Made by a program: the position numbers and the translations under genes. The notes below the pieces were generated by a model, which was not told the DNA's origin, searched no databases, and worked only from the letters and a program-made list of their open reading frames with translations. DNA of 63,898 bases, counting the filler, from Choristocarpus tenellus KU-1152 (taxonomy: Eukaryota > Protista > Phaeophyceae), in NCBI GenBank assembly GCA_964200185.2. It is 9 parts of 9 records of this genome, joined end to end, with 100 filler letters (N's around TTAATTAATTAA, not from the genome) between each part and the next. Parts side by side here need not be neighbours in the genome. Positions count along the whole stretch, not along the records: positions 1 to 9,395 come from CAXNAD020003714.1; positions 9,496 to 21,051 come from CAXNAD020002258.1; 7 more parts are not named here. One strand, written 5' to 3'. This document shows positions 1-13,199 of the stretch, piece by piece (within the stretch, counting starts at the first letter, position 1; each line of letters begins with the position of its first letter).

Positions 1-1596
1 TTCCATTTTATCACTATATACATTTTTTTCTTTTCGTGGTGACATTTACAGCCCTGACACCCCTCCCTCCCCGCTCCCCCCCCGGGGCACCGCTTCCTTT
101 TTGTTTTTGTTTTTCAGTGCTTTTCATCAAACATAGTGATAGATGTGTCCTCCAGGTGCGATGGTTCAAGATTTCTGCTATAAAAATAAAAATAAATAAC
201 CTACGTAAGGTCGTAAAAATTACTGGAACGATTTGGAGGATGTTCATCGGCCGCCACGAACAAGCCCATGTCCCATCCGAGCTTGAGCAGGCAAGCGATA
301 GACAACTCATGTCAGAGCGTGACAAGCCATCCATGGTACTTATCGTACCAAAGACGAATTTTGTCCGATCTCCACTGTGCAGTGGGATGCACCAGCATGT
401 ACTTTGCATAGTGGCGATAGTGTTGTTAGAAATCTGCGTAGGGCGATTAGCACTGTAACACTACAACAACAACAACAAAAAGCGGTCTCTTGAAAGAGAA
501 ACATCGGAATAAGAGTCGACGTTTTCAGGAGTCAAGGGTCCTGCATGTAAGAAACAAAGCCCCAAGGTCCCGAGCGCGTAACACACCTCTGGGCGCCCCA
601 GGACTCGCTGAAACACAAGGACACTGATGAGCACGTGCCGGGCGAGATTAACAAGGCTGTCGCACACAGTAGTTCAAAAAAGTGTGCGGATCATTCACCC
701 ACTCCTTTTTATTCCTATGGCATCATTGTCAACGCATTAATTTCCTCCTGTAGGGTCATGCAGCCAAATTAGCCCGCTGTTGTCCAGAATTGTCATCCTC
801 TCCTCCTCTTCTTGACAAGCCTCCGAAACTGGCTGATACTGGCTGCCACAGATTACTTGAAACATCATACCACCCTTACGTTCTGAGCACCCAAACATTT
901 GCGTGACTACACACAGGACCTCAAGGCCAGGGCAGTTACCCTAGGATTGGATAGAGAGCTTGGGCTAAAGAGGGAACTACGGAAGAGATGAAAAGATGGT
1001 AGGTAGCCTCCATCATGCATAGAGGAGTAAACAGTACCCTTGTATCTCTGCGTGGATTATACAAAAGCACACAGTCTCGATGAAGGATAAAACAAAGGTT
1101 TTAGGATGGCAGGACACACAAAGGACCTGTTCATTGTGTGCAGCATGAACTGTTAAAAATGCAGCTACATTGAAACACAATAACAAGGTATACCTGTGCA
1201 GATGTTGGGAGACTTGTCCAGCATTCAATAAGCAGAGACTTAACCAGGGTGAATAAAGCATTCAAGGTCTACTTTTTTGTGTGCCATACAAGGTTTATCC
1301 ACCTTTGCCCACCTCAGCACACTCTGGCATCATAAATCACCCCCATCCCACCATTGCTTAGACCATACACCCTACCCACCTTACACCTTCATTGCTCGCA
1401 GCAAGGCAAAAAAAAACATGCCCACATTTGGGATTTTCCAGCACCAAATATCAGAAATGCCACTACTATGCCACTAGTCACTGTCTGCAAAATAAGGGAA
1501 AGAGAGAGAGAGAATGTTTGCAATGATACTACTACCATTCCCTCAGATGACATTTTGTGAAGGATCCACTCCCCCAAACCTATGACATTCAGTAAC

Positions 1597-3092
1597 TCAG
1601 TTGCCTGCACCAACTCCATCAATCTGCTTGAGTTCCTTCACCCTCTCCCATAGCCGCCATTCTGCATATTTCTCAATGAGATGCAACTCTGACTCGCCCT
1701 GTTCAATCAGCTCCTCTAGCTGCCCCATGTTGATCTCCTCCTCGATTTTCTCTTCCTGAGTAAATTTTGAATAGCGAGCATGATAAGGTGGCAGCCAATT
1801 CACATCAGTAACTTCCTCATGCAACTAAAATTGGACCATAGCTTCCCCTGCCTCTGCCCACATCGTGAATTGTGTCCTCAACATCTCAAAAAGGGACAAT
1901 AGGACTACAAAAAAAAAATCGAGAAAGAGGGCAGTGTACACACACAAGCAGGGGTTCAACCGTTGGCAAAAGCAAGCCAATAACCAACCCCGCCCACGAA
2001 GGAGACTTCAAAATATCTGTATCCCAATGGAGGGCACTAGGCAATGCCCACCGGCGAATCATTCTACTTTTTTTCATGCCTGTGTTGACCGCAATCGTTT
2101 GCCTTGCGCGAATTGCACACGCATACAGAATATACAATTGCTCTCCTACTCGTAACACAAATCAATTTCCATCAACTCACGTCCTCGTACTTCTCAGCCA
2201 CTTTCAAGCGGTAGTTGCTGATTGACTCCACATCAATTCTATATTGTGCCTCTGGTGGAATCATCTGTGAATCAGAGAACAGGATAAGAGCATTGAAAGA
2301 GAATGAATGGGAGGGGTGGACGATAGGTAGGTTCGCCAGTCCACATGGTAGAGCAAAACCAGTCATACCTATAGATGTACAATAAAAGAGTACATGTATC
2401 AGGGTGAACAAACTATTGGTGCGGAAATTTGAGGAAATGTTGGGAAGTAGAAGACGGCCTCAGAAAGTAGAACATAAGCCAACAAGTACCTCAACTAGAC
2501 CTTGCCAACAAAACCGAACTGAGTATCTTCTAGGCAGGGGATTCAAAAAATTCATCAGCTACACGGGGCTGCATGAGACTGACTAAATTCTTCCAATTTT
2601 CTCTAGAATCGTCCCATAAACTCGCTCCCGGCGCATTTCACGGAACGTACATGTATCAGCACCGGCAGGCCTCTCAACAAAAACTGAAATGTGAAGTACC
2701 CCTTCTTAATCATCCATCTCAAGAAAAGGTTTTTATGAGCTCAGCAACACTCCATAGTTCAATTGAATTCTCCTTCCAGATCTTTTTTTTGGAAGAACAT
2801 GCACCATAGATAGCCTAGTGGTTCTAGCTCGTCATCCTCGACACAGAGTGTTACAGGTTTCCAATGAAAGGAAGAACATTGATGGTGCTAGAAGTTGGGT
2901 AGAGCTACGTGACAAAGAAACTATTCAGGAGAAATCGTAGACCACCTTGATCTTTTCCAGTATCTGGTGCTGCAAGGAGATGAGATTCTTCCTAGCATTG
3001 ACATCTACTTCCAGTCCCACAATCCCAGTAGACGTCTTCTTTACCACCATCCTTAGCATCCTTGTGGCCCGGAAAGCTCCCCATCCCGACAT
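1597..3092 (-). CDS. NDUFA5: NADH:ubiquinone oxidoreductase subunit NDUFA5 (B13), 3 exons: 3092-2946, 2264-2181, 1755-1597
   Basis: The spliced product MSGWGAFRATRMLRMVVKKTSTGIVGLEVDVNARKNLISLQHQILEKIK|MIPPEAQYRIDVESISNYRLKVAEKYED|EEKIEEEINMGQLEELIEQGESELHLIEKYAEWRLWE... has the family motifs TGIVGL, IP..A.YR and GQ.EELI..A..EL.L. Both introns are phase-0 GT-AG. Confidence 0.95.
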
Positions 3093-3407
3093 TTTCCTTG
3101 CTATCTCCCCTCTTGGGTGGGGGTCACTGCTATTCACCAGCCCCTTTAGGTAGAAACAACAACTTGGACCAAAAACCTCACTGTAACAAACAACATCTGA
3201 ACACACACCTTAACATCAAGGGGGAGACATAAATGTTCACCGTCGAGGGCGTTTGCGCTTAGTGTGAGTTGTGTGAAACTGTTGGAGTATGAACTATGTT
3301 ATATGAAATTGATTCGATATAGTACAAACTATTCTGAGAAATAAAAAAGCAAGGGTACCAAAAAAGATCGCATGTCCCTTCCGTTTACAGACTCCTGTAC
3401 ATCCTCA

Positions 3408-6400
3408 ATGAAAATATCCTTCTCCCTATGCGCGCTCTGGGCAATCTTTATCGGTATCAATGCACAGACAGACCTACTAGCCCCGTGTAGTGGGCGAGGT
3501 CTAATCCACGCTAACTTAACCTGCTCTTGCTTCAGCGGGTTCGAGGGAGCTGACTGTTCACTCCGTGAGACCCACTTCGCCCCTCGTTCTTCACGTACTG
3601 ACCCATTTTAACCAATAGAGATTATACGTTGGGATAGGAAAATCGACTTATTTATTGCTTGCGATGGAAGGCATTGAGACCTCACCGTAGTCATAATTTT
3701 TTTTCACCACTGTGCTTCACAAGGGTCGTGCCCATCGGGAAGAGCGTGGTCAGACTTTCCATCAGCGAGAGATGTGGGGCATGCAAAAGGAGTGGAGTGT
3801 TCGAATATGGGCACTTGTGATAGAGTGACTGGAACCTGCTCTTGCCGTGAGGGCTTCGAGGGGGCGTCATGTGACCGACGTGAGTAGTTTGAGATAACAT
3901 CTTCCCTTTCCCCCCATCTCATCTTGTTTCTATGAAATATCATCTCTAGTAATATATATGCACATAGTTGTAGTACCACAATTTCTATGGTACAAATATT
4001 TTCTTGACCTACATCACCTTTTTCCAATAGGTGCAAGATCGTTGCTGATGTCGAAAGTCCGACTTCAATACTCTTTCCACTTGACAACGAAGCAGTGGCG
4101 TGTGAATCCAGTTGTTCTGGGCACGGTCAATGCGTATCTATGTCCGAGGCGGCCTCAGGTTGGGACGGGAGAGTTTTGGTTCGACCCAATGTGGGATACA
4201 CTTCGGTTTGGGATGCGGACAGCATACACGGGTGTGTATGTGACCCAGGATGGATAGGATATGACTGCAGTCAGTATGAATGTCCACGAGGAGATGATCC
4301 ATTGACAAAGGTGAGATTTACAGACTGGTCCAAAGTGTTCAGCACAGTTTACTTACATAGCTTCAAAAATTGATCCAACAATGGTGTACTTGAACATCAC
4401 TGCACTGAAACTGTAAATACCTGAGAATATAGTATTTATAAAGAGGAGTTACACACACTTAGGTGCCACATGGTCAAAAGTTGTGGAAAGTTTACTTCGT
4501 CAAAATTGTCAAGAAATTCCATTTTTCCATCATCCTTGAACAAATATTCCATTTTTAGGACCAGGTAAACGAAGTAATTCGTATCATCTGCCAAGCAGAC
4601 TCAGGGAGTTTCACCTTCACCTTCCGTGGGGTCACCAGCAATGAGATCCCCTTTAATGCATCTTATGGCTACGTGGAGATGCTCCTCGAAGACATGACAA
4701 CCGTCAATGACATTAGCATCTCCATTGAGGGTAATAACAAGGCTGTGTGTGCTGCAGGCACAGAGGTGGTGACCGAAGTGGAATTCCTCCAGGACTTTGG
4801 AGATCTTCCTGCTTCCCTGGTGAGGTAGGTAGACATCTTGCATCATGGCTGCTCAGTTCCCAGTACAAATCTCACAACCTCAGTCTAGACCACGATGAGT
4901 CGAGTTGGTGATCTCTCAACTCTGATCGTGACTAAGGCTTACCTTGATACTCTTCGTGTTTCTATAAAATTGATAGTGCTCCCTAATATGCATGGGCAAT
5001 CTCCAAGCCTTCCACAAATCTATATCCATGCATCAAGCCATCCACCACAGAAACTCAGGTAGTGTCATCCACTTCTGTCCCATCCACCCTCCTTCTTCAG
5101 CTCTGTGGACCTAGAACTCATGGGAGGGGAACCCACGCTTGTCCTGGAAACAGAGTCCACCATTAGCTGCCCAACCTGCTCTGCCTGCTCTGGGGGTATA
5201 TATATAATATACGATGATGAGACTACCTCTTCCATCCCCTCAACTGCAACACCATCCGATATTGAGATTAAACTCAAGGCACTCAGCACCCTGAGTACAA
5301 AGTCGACATACGGAAATGTGTCTTCAGTGAACGTGTCAACAAGTGGTGGATCTACCCTCTGTAGTACGACAACAAACGTTTTCACTTCAATCCGCCTTCG
5401 CTCTCCTTATGGCAACTTACCAAACTTTACAATTATAGACTCTATCCTTGATGGAGGAGAGCCTGTCCATCTCAATTTTACAGGCCCCAAGGGCACTAAG
5501 GAGGACACCTACTGCAGTAATCATGGTGTATGTGACTTCAAGCTTGGGACGTGCACATGTGATCGAAATACCACTTATTTTCCAGAGGAGTGGTACTGGT
5601 GGGAGAGCAGTGACGGATATGGGGGCCCTGGGAGTCGGCCTGACTGTGGGTATCAGCGAATAGTGTCTACCACAAACACAACACAGGGGTGCCCTGTGGG
5701 CGTAGTCTTCACTGATGAAACATCTCCAACCTATGAGACCATGGACCAGGTGACCAGCACGGTAATGTGTATGAGGAGGCCGTTTGGGAGTGAAGCATGT
5801 ACACACTATGTGCAGCTAGTTGTTTCTGTGCCAACACAAGTTGAACTGGGAGTTGACATTTTTCTTTGGCCAACCAAAACATCTCAAGCACAAGCTGATC
5901 CCATCTTCCTCTCTATACATCCCACAATTTCCCCCAACCCACTCAATTTTCCCTTCCCCCTCCCCTCCCTCATCCTAACATGACTCCCCCTTCCTCGCTG
6001 AAGGTGCTCTGCAGTGGAAAGGGAACCTGTAACAATGTTACAGGAGGCTGTGAATGCTATCCAGGCTTCTACGGCGGTGATTGCAGTCAACGGACTTGCC
6101 CGACAGGAAAAGCTTGGTTTGATGAGGCATATGCAGATAACAGTGCGCATGCATATGGGGCAGAGTGTAGCAACATGGGACTATGTGAGCATGACTTGGG
6201 GGAGTGCCTTTGTCGGGATGGGTGGACAGGATCAGCATGTCAACGCCTCACTTGTGAAGACAACTGCAATGGCAAGGGGACCTGCCTGCCAATGTATCGC
6301 CTGGGAGAGATGAGGGAGACACTTGGTGAATCCAATCCTGTTGCATACGGCCTTGATTCTTCCATCAATCCCTTTGGACCCAGTGTATATGCTCGGCCAC

Positions 6401-8239
6401 CTGCTTGGGATTTCGACATGATATATGGATGCCTATGTGACAGCATGGACACCAGTCAGCCAAGAACTGGCACAAAGGGCTACATATCAGGGGTATACAC
6501 TGAAAACAACAAGCTGTCAGGGTGGTCAGGGTACAAGTGCGAGCAACGTGAGTTTGAACATAGTCCAAGTGATATATTTGACTCGATGAGTTGTTACATA
6601 GTGCTTTCTTGCAGGAAATGGATTATTGAGTGAAAGTATCTTAGAGGGTAGGAGTATTTCCCTGTTTGTCCATTTAAGGTTTGGCTTCCCACGGGTTTCT
6701 TAATGACATATTACCTACTCCGAAACAGTTTCGGAGTAGGTAAAATGTATACGTTATGAAAAGGTGTCCGGAACAAGGATATCGACATCTCCTAACAAAC
6801 ACGATATTCTAAATTACATCAAAATTGCAACAGTGGACTTTGGCCCCCAATTAGGCACGGCTCTACCCTCTAAGATACTTTGACTAATTCTATGCTTTTA
6901 TGTGTCTTGATTTGAGATGCTCTGCTCTCCATTTTTTTCCTACTGAAAGCCTTCCTCATTGCCTGTGTGCCAACCTTGCTTTAACACCCCACCTACATGG
7001 CTCACCTTAATTATGTCATTGTCAATACCCATGCAGGGACTTGTCCCACGGGGGACAACCCACTCACCACTCCAGGGAAATTTGAGGTACAGACCATTTC
7101 GTGCACGGCCAGCTCTGACTTCTTCACCATCACATTTCGTGGGGAGACTACTGATGTGAGTGTAATGTGACAGAAGTACATAGTAGCGTAATGGTAGAGA
7201 TGATAGGAATGATAGACTTGAAGGGGGTGTCAGTGTACTGATCAAGAGGAGTATGGGTTCCCTCCCGAAATACTCAACAGAAATACCGATGATTGGTGGA
7301 TGGGGACCTTAAGTTTCTTGCAGTTGTTGCACCTGTCAGAGTGCTCAAAAGGACTTCCACAGCCTTTCATTTTACTTACACTATTTTGGCTGGTTGAATT
7401 ACCTCAAGTATTGAGAGACTTACAGCATTTTTTCCAACAAAAATCCCGAGTGTGTTGAACAGGTAGGACCTTGCTGTAAGGCCTCAGGGATAGGATGAAA
7501 TGTGATCCTTTTCCCACCAACTGTAGGCCACTTACGTCCCAATACACCCTCAATTGCATCCTCACCACAGTCGCATAATATTTTCAGTTAATCACGGTTC
7601 AAAGTATCTAGGGGGGGGAGGGGTGGTAGCTGTCCATTTGGGGTCAATTTTTTCATGTTGCGATCTTTGGGTGATTTGGTTGCATACATCGAATGGATAA
7701 TGTAAGTGCACTTTTCCTGGTTTTGGTCCAAATGGGCACCCTGGTGTAGACCACCCCCGCCCCCCAGATACTTTGGGTCTCACCCACACCTATAAAAGCA
7801 GACTTCCCTCCCCTCTGCCCCCAGGGAATCTGGTACAATGCCACCAAATTGGAGGTGAAAATAGCTCTCGCCAATATTCCCACGTGAGTGAGTGGTGGAC
7901 TTGTGTTCAAAAGGGTCCCTCCCGTGCCACAGAGTGACAAACTTGACGCTGTGGTAGCAGTGGAAAACAGTTTATGTATCAGCCTTGTTAGGTTGCTGTG
8001 CAGCAAATCAATATCTTGACTGTGGGTCACTCCATAGAGTACAGCACGTATACATATGCATATTTCTTTTCTGTTCACCTATCAGCGCAATATTTTCCCC
8101 ACAATACCCAAGAGCTTACAAGGTCCCTCTTTTCTCCAATGTTGCTATGGTACCCTACAGGATAGGCTCTGTGTCAGTTAATTATACCTCAGGCTTGTCG
8201 GCATGTGACTCCAACTGGGCTAATGGAGAGGGTATCCAG
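3408..8239 (+). CDS. Secreted EGF-repeat protein of the SIG1/OCM tubular-mastigoneme-like family, 3' incomplete. Exons about 3408-3564, 3724-3879, 4096-4310, 4559-4824, 5101-5749, 6004-6547, 7037-7155, 8161-8239
   Basis: N-terminal signal peptide, then repeated CPxGxAWxD..AH..ECSNMGxC, WD(A/F)DxIxGCxCD and CPRGD(D/N)PLT motifs typical of stramenopile SIG1/OCM1 proteins. GT-AG phases are compatible for the first seven exons; the link to the last exon is uncertain. Confidence 0.85.
6628..6886. mobile_element. MITE family B (259 bp), intronic
   Basis: TIRs GAGTGAAAGTATCTTAGAGGGTA ... TACCCTCTAAGATACTTTGACTA, ATT on both flanks, internal perfect hairpin TTACCTACTCCGAAAC-A-GTTTCGGAGTAGGTAA. Homologous to copies at 23583, 56944, 61297 and 62231. 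Confidence 0.9.
7596..7779. mobile_element. MITE family A (184 bp), intronic
   Basis: TIRs GGTTCAAAGTATCTAGGGGG ... CCCCCAGATACTTTGGGTC, flanked by the direct repeat TCAC/TCAC. Homologous to copies at 24398 and 37184. Confidence 0.9.
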
Positions 8240-9376
8240 GTGAGCAACAAGGGTGTGTGAACATGCCCTGTTGAAGTAATTGACTAAGCTCTTGTAACCC
8301 CTTTTACAGGGCCTTTATCCTTGTGTTGATATCTTGACTTGTATTCTTTGGTTGGTGTCTTCACACCTTTGCCTGTTCCAAGCCTTGGCTATGATGATAT
8401 TGTGAGTCAGATCATTCCTGATCTAACCTGCGCTGCACCAACATTCAACTAGTTTTTCTTAACATCCCCAATATTTGATGAGGCACCTACATCAGGATGC
8501 TCTCGATACAGTCGTACAACACGCTATTGCTATGAGCCTCCCTTGGCATACTTCTCTTGCACATGTGCAGTGAAAAGTAGAACATAAAATGAGCTACACA
8601 GTAAGTCTCAAGAGATGATGTGGTCATCAACTCTTTCGCAGAGAAGGAAAAAGACAAGGGCTATCAATAATAGTCTCGATTGTTTCTTGACATTCCATCA
8701 ACAGAGGACTTGCCAATCCTTCATCAATGAGCGCTAACTACAACATGAACCTTGAAATTCCACCTCTGTTAAAATTGTGTTCCAGCTTGGAAACAATAGT
8801 TCTCCTTCCTACATATATAAATACATCTATTGCTGCAACTTAGCATGTAGCAGCACGTATGGAGTATTTCCCAAGAAGGCGTTATTCAATCCGTAGGAAA
8901 TCTTACTGAAGAGTACAGAAACTGAACCGAGCTAAAGCAAGCAAGAGGTACCCAGGGTTGCATTTAGAGGATACTGACAACTGTGCAAAAGTCGTCCTTT
9001 CGTACAAATTTTTGTAGGGAAAAAAATCTGAATTCCGTTAAATGCTTTTAAGCAACAAAGAAATCAACGCTCTCAAGGCAATATTAGGGCTTTATCCATA
9101 GAAATAATAATAAAGGACGAATGGCAAGAGATGAAAAAACGTTATTTAAAATGCAAGACACAAGGTCAAAACCTGGATACCTCTCATTTACTTTGGCTCA
9201 CCGCCCGACCTAATGTTCTCACTACTAAAGAACAGCGAATAGCAGTGAGGGGAGACAGGATACCCCTCAAGGAGGAGGGAGGTGGAGCTCGTAGTCGATC
9301 TCGTGGCTTCACAATCCCACCCAGACAAATGAAAGATTATTTTTTATCAATGACCTCTCCGCAAAAAAGGTCTCCT

Positions 9377-9395
9377 GGCTCAAAGTATCTGGGAG
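9377..9395. mobile_element. MITE family A terminus at contig end
   Basis: GGCTCAAAGTATCTGGGAG directly before the N linker. Confidence 0.7.
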
Positions 9396-9495
9396 NNNNN
9401 NNNNNNNNNNNNNNNNNNNNNNNNNNNNNNNNNNNNNNNTTAATTAATTAANNNNNNNNNNNNNNNNNNNNNNNNNNNNNNNNNNNNNNNNNNNN
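9396..9495. other. Artificial contig linker (also at 21052-21151, 24972-25071, 31255-31354, 37324-37423, 43831-43930, 54617-54716, 61197-61296)
   Basis: Identical 100-nt N...TTAATTAATTAA...N spacer with stops in all six frames, occurring eight times. Confidence 0.99.
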
Positions 9496-11569
9496 GGGTG
9501 GGGGGGGAGGGGGTGGGGGGGGGGGGGGGGGGGAAGAGGGGGAGGGGGGGGGGGGGGGGGGGGGGGGGGGTCGAGATAAATTTTTTAAAGAAAAATAATG
9601 GAAATAGTAATGATGTCTGAAGGGAGAAAGGCAGATAACACTGAGCTAGCTTACAGAAAGATGGTGCACACACACACTTACAGTAACACTAGCACTAACA
9701 CATTCTCATGAGTAAAAAATTGAAGTGAACAGGAACATAGTCCAACCTCAAGAGACCTCTTTCGTTTTGGTTTTATACACTCCTTCAAGACCTCAAATGA
9801 CAGGCCGAGATGAACACTATTCAACGCCAAGAACTTTCTCATAAGATTCAACACCACTAAAAGATTCTCTAGCAATGGATGTCATCTTCATTTCTTCATC
9901 TTGCTTCAATGTGTCAGATGGTGTGGGTATAGCAACAAGTGGGGGGGGTGGTGGTGGGGTGGGGGGTGGGGGGGGCGGGGGGGGGGGGGAGTAAGAAGGC
10001 AGCCAGTCTTCCGACTGGAACTATCTGTCACTAATTCTAAGAGTAGTTTGATGGATGGAGGAGTCATGCCATCGGTTGCTACTGGATGTAATTGACCTCT
10101 CCATTCTCTCCCAATTGCCAAGAAGCCCGTTCCTTCAACGCATTCACCTCTCAAAAGCTCCTTTCTGCTCAATACAGTCGAGGGAAATTATCCTACATTC
10201 AAAAATTCAAAAATTCAAAAATTCAAATTCACCCCCCCAACATCAAAAACAAAACCACTCTGAGTATAACTATGCCCACGGACACTCAAACCCTCATAAC
10301 CACTACTGGCGTCTACGCTGTTCATATACTCCCAGAGTATAATACTACGACCAATACATACGACTGAACCAAATGTTTGTGAGTCATCTGCACAAAGCAG
10401 CTCCCAGTCACAACCCTGAGAGTGGACTCTGTCGTCTACGCAAAACCTGGGGCATACACGAGAAAACGCCTCTCGCGATCAAGAAATGTATGCTAAATTT
10501 TCAACTAATACTAAGAGTGTAGTATACGTTTGTGTACGCAGATAAGGATACGCCTGATTTAAAAAAACGAAACCTGCCTCGGAGGCAGCAGCTTGGGTGT
10601 GATGGATGTAAATAGTCTCCTCATGGAAACCTGAGCGCTAAGAGCTGGAAAAGCCTCTCAGGGGTTGGTAATACATGACTTTTTGCATTGGCTTGCAGGG
10701 AGAGATACTTCGATTTGAAACACACTAGCTTGTACCCCAGGAAGTAATGAGTCTTCCACACAGTCAAGGGGGGTAACTGAGGGAACATCGTGTGTTCAGT
10801 TTTCTGAGCATTGACATGACTGGAGAATGCATCATTATTTAGGGAGAGGAACAATCGTTTTAACTCCTGCTGCGAGGGTGAGGGAGGGGACAGAGGCATG
10901 ACCTGTGGGAAAGTTGGCATCTGTGGACACAAAAACAAGCCAACTGAAATCTTAAAGAAACAAATCTTTACGCAGTTTAACCCTGAAAAGTAACACTTCT
11001 GTAGTTGGGTGGGGGGTATCCAGGATGCTTCACTGAGGAGGTAGGTATTGAAATGGGCTCAGAGTACCCTGCTTATAATTAACTGAAGGGAGATGACATG
11101 TTCATTGTTACTGTCGGATGTATGTCTGCATATTCCACTCTTCCCACACGAGAGCTGAATGTAATACTGTTGGAGTAGATGTGCCTTTCCAAGCCAGGGA
11201 TCGCCCAAGGACTTAGAATGGCCCCCTCAATACTGCAGGGACCAGCTCAACACAATAGAGTATACATACACATTGACAGGGATTGTCTGGGGGGATTAGG
11301 GGGATGAAGCTTGAATTTGGCAAGCCTAAAAACAGTACGCCATGAATTCATTTTAGCTTAGCTCCCGTGAATAAGCTACTTGGGGGGACAGTGTTTCTTT
11401 CAAGTAAGTGAAACTTGCTAGTTTCTCATGATTGAAACAGGGACAACATATTCAATACCCTAAGAAATGACTCCATAAATCAGAGAAAGCCTAGGAACTT
11501 TCTCTAGCAGTAAATTCAAGGAACTCAACAATAACCCATCGCACTCCAAAAGGGAGGGAAATGAGTCAC

Positions 11570-12227
11570 CTGAAAGTAGTCCTCCACCCAGTCCGAGTAC
11601 TGCTTAACATAGGCTCTTTCCCCTTCCGAGTATCCATGTCCCTCAAGGTCCATCTGGATCATCACTAGTCCCTGTTTGGGCATCGCGTGACCCAGCTGCA
11701 GTTTTCGAGGGGTGTTGATGTGTGACCCGTACCTGTATTGGGACGCCCGAAAAGATAATGAAACAAGTTGAATCAAATATGCATTAAAACATATTGAGTA
11801 GAATCTAGAGATGTCTTCATGCGCCCCCGGACTGGATGGGGGGCTATCCCCTTGAAATCGTTCCTGCCCCATTTCGCGAACAAAGCGCACTACAAAGGGG
11901 GAAAGGAGAAGAAGAGATAAGGACAACGGGTTCACGTCACCCCGAGAACAAAGCGAAGCGACTGAAAGAAAGATTACGTCCAGCAAACTTCGTCATGACG
12001 ACTTCAGTACCTCAGGCTATTCTCAACATACAAATTCCATGGGCATATGACCAACGACCCAGAGAATTCGTAGACTAGCCGAGAACACTGACTGACAACC
12101 CATCCTACCCGTGGACAAAGAGGACGATGGCCTTGATCTCGCAAGATTCCTCCGGGAAATACGAGCGGAGGTGAATCACCTGCCCACGACGATTAACGAA
12201 ATACTCCTCATTCTGTGGATGGGGCAT
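11570..12227 (-). CDS. Alpha/beta hydrolase, serine aminopeptidase S33 / monoacylglycerol-lipase-like, partial (exons about 12227-12109 and 11732-11570)
   Basis: EYFVNRRGQVIHLRSYFPEESCEIKAIVLFVHG|YGSH...QMDLEGHGYSEGERAYVKQYSDWVEDY matches the Hydrolase_4 N-terminal motifs (xxHGYG, DxxGHGxSxGxR). The GxSxG exon was not located and the true start is uncertain. Confidence 0.85.
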
Positions 12228-13199
12228 GTGTGCGTAGGGGAATCATCAGTTGGCAACATGAATGTCCTTCAACACTGACTTCCTGTAGATTTTCGAACTC
12301 CTATCACGTTCCTGTAGGGTTTGTTGGCTTTATCGTTTCGCAAAAGGTTAAGGACTTCGGCATATTGAATCAAATTTTCAACCGTGTAGACCTGGTTAGG
12401 TCTGTCCACCAAGTTTACACACCTGAGGTGCGTTGCCCACAACTATAGGTCTGTTGGGGACGTGACACGCTTGAGCAAAGATTTTGGCTTGGGTGCAAGG
12501 CCAACCCCAGGCGGCGGTAGCAAGTGCCGCAAATATCTCCTTTAAGGAGCGCAGGAGAATTGAGAAAAAAGAGATACCACTCTCAGCCTTCAGGTTCACG
12601 GGCAACGGGGGCGAGGCAAGTACACCTCCTCCAGTGCAACACATTCCGTATTAATGTCAATGATAAGTTTCTCTCTCTCCGACACGGATGAAATAATCTG
12701 AGTATACAAAGTAGAATCGTTGATGAACTTCAGTTGCTGAGAAATCTCAATTCCCACCAGGCAAAGACCAACAACAACACCTTTACAATTAACTCGCTTT
12801 GTCCTTTTGCAGTTTGAGTGCAACATTCCTTACCAAAAACAATCAACAAGAAAACTTAACGTTTCTTGAAAACGAGCTTGTAACGGTTCGGCTGAATATG
12901 ATGAAATGGCGAACGATCAAGATTTACGTGGCCAATGATTAGTTGGATCGTCCATTCCACAACGTAATAGTTCAAGGAATACACTTTTTAATACTAAATA
13001 TTTGTACGTACATCACATATCATTTCAATTTCTTCATATAAAATCCTATGGAAATAGTACAAAAAGGGATTGACGTACATAATAATATTCAGGGTGTATA
13101 GAAGTTCAAGATTGAAAATTCGAACTTCTACACTTATGATGCGTCAGTGTCGTATTTCATCCACCACACATTATTGGATCAGTTCACCCCCTTTGTGTG

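Noticed and set aside
14-667. Two in-frame minus-strand ORFs separated by one TAG (possible readthrough)
   Set aside because: No recognisable protein family. Verified genes in the window use the standard code, so there is no support for recoding.
2650-2730. Possible intronic C/D snoRNA in NDUFA5 intron 1 (GGATGA ... CTGA on minus strand)
   Set aside because: Box C is non-canonical, there is no convincing terminal stem, and no rRNA-complementary guide was recognisable.
9396-9495. Recurrent TTAATTAATTAA flanked by Ns
   Set aside because: Artificial six-frame-stop linker between contigs; gene neighbourhoods across linkers are not biological.
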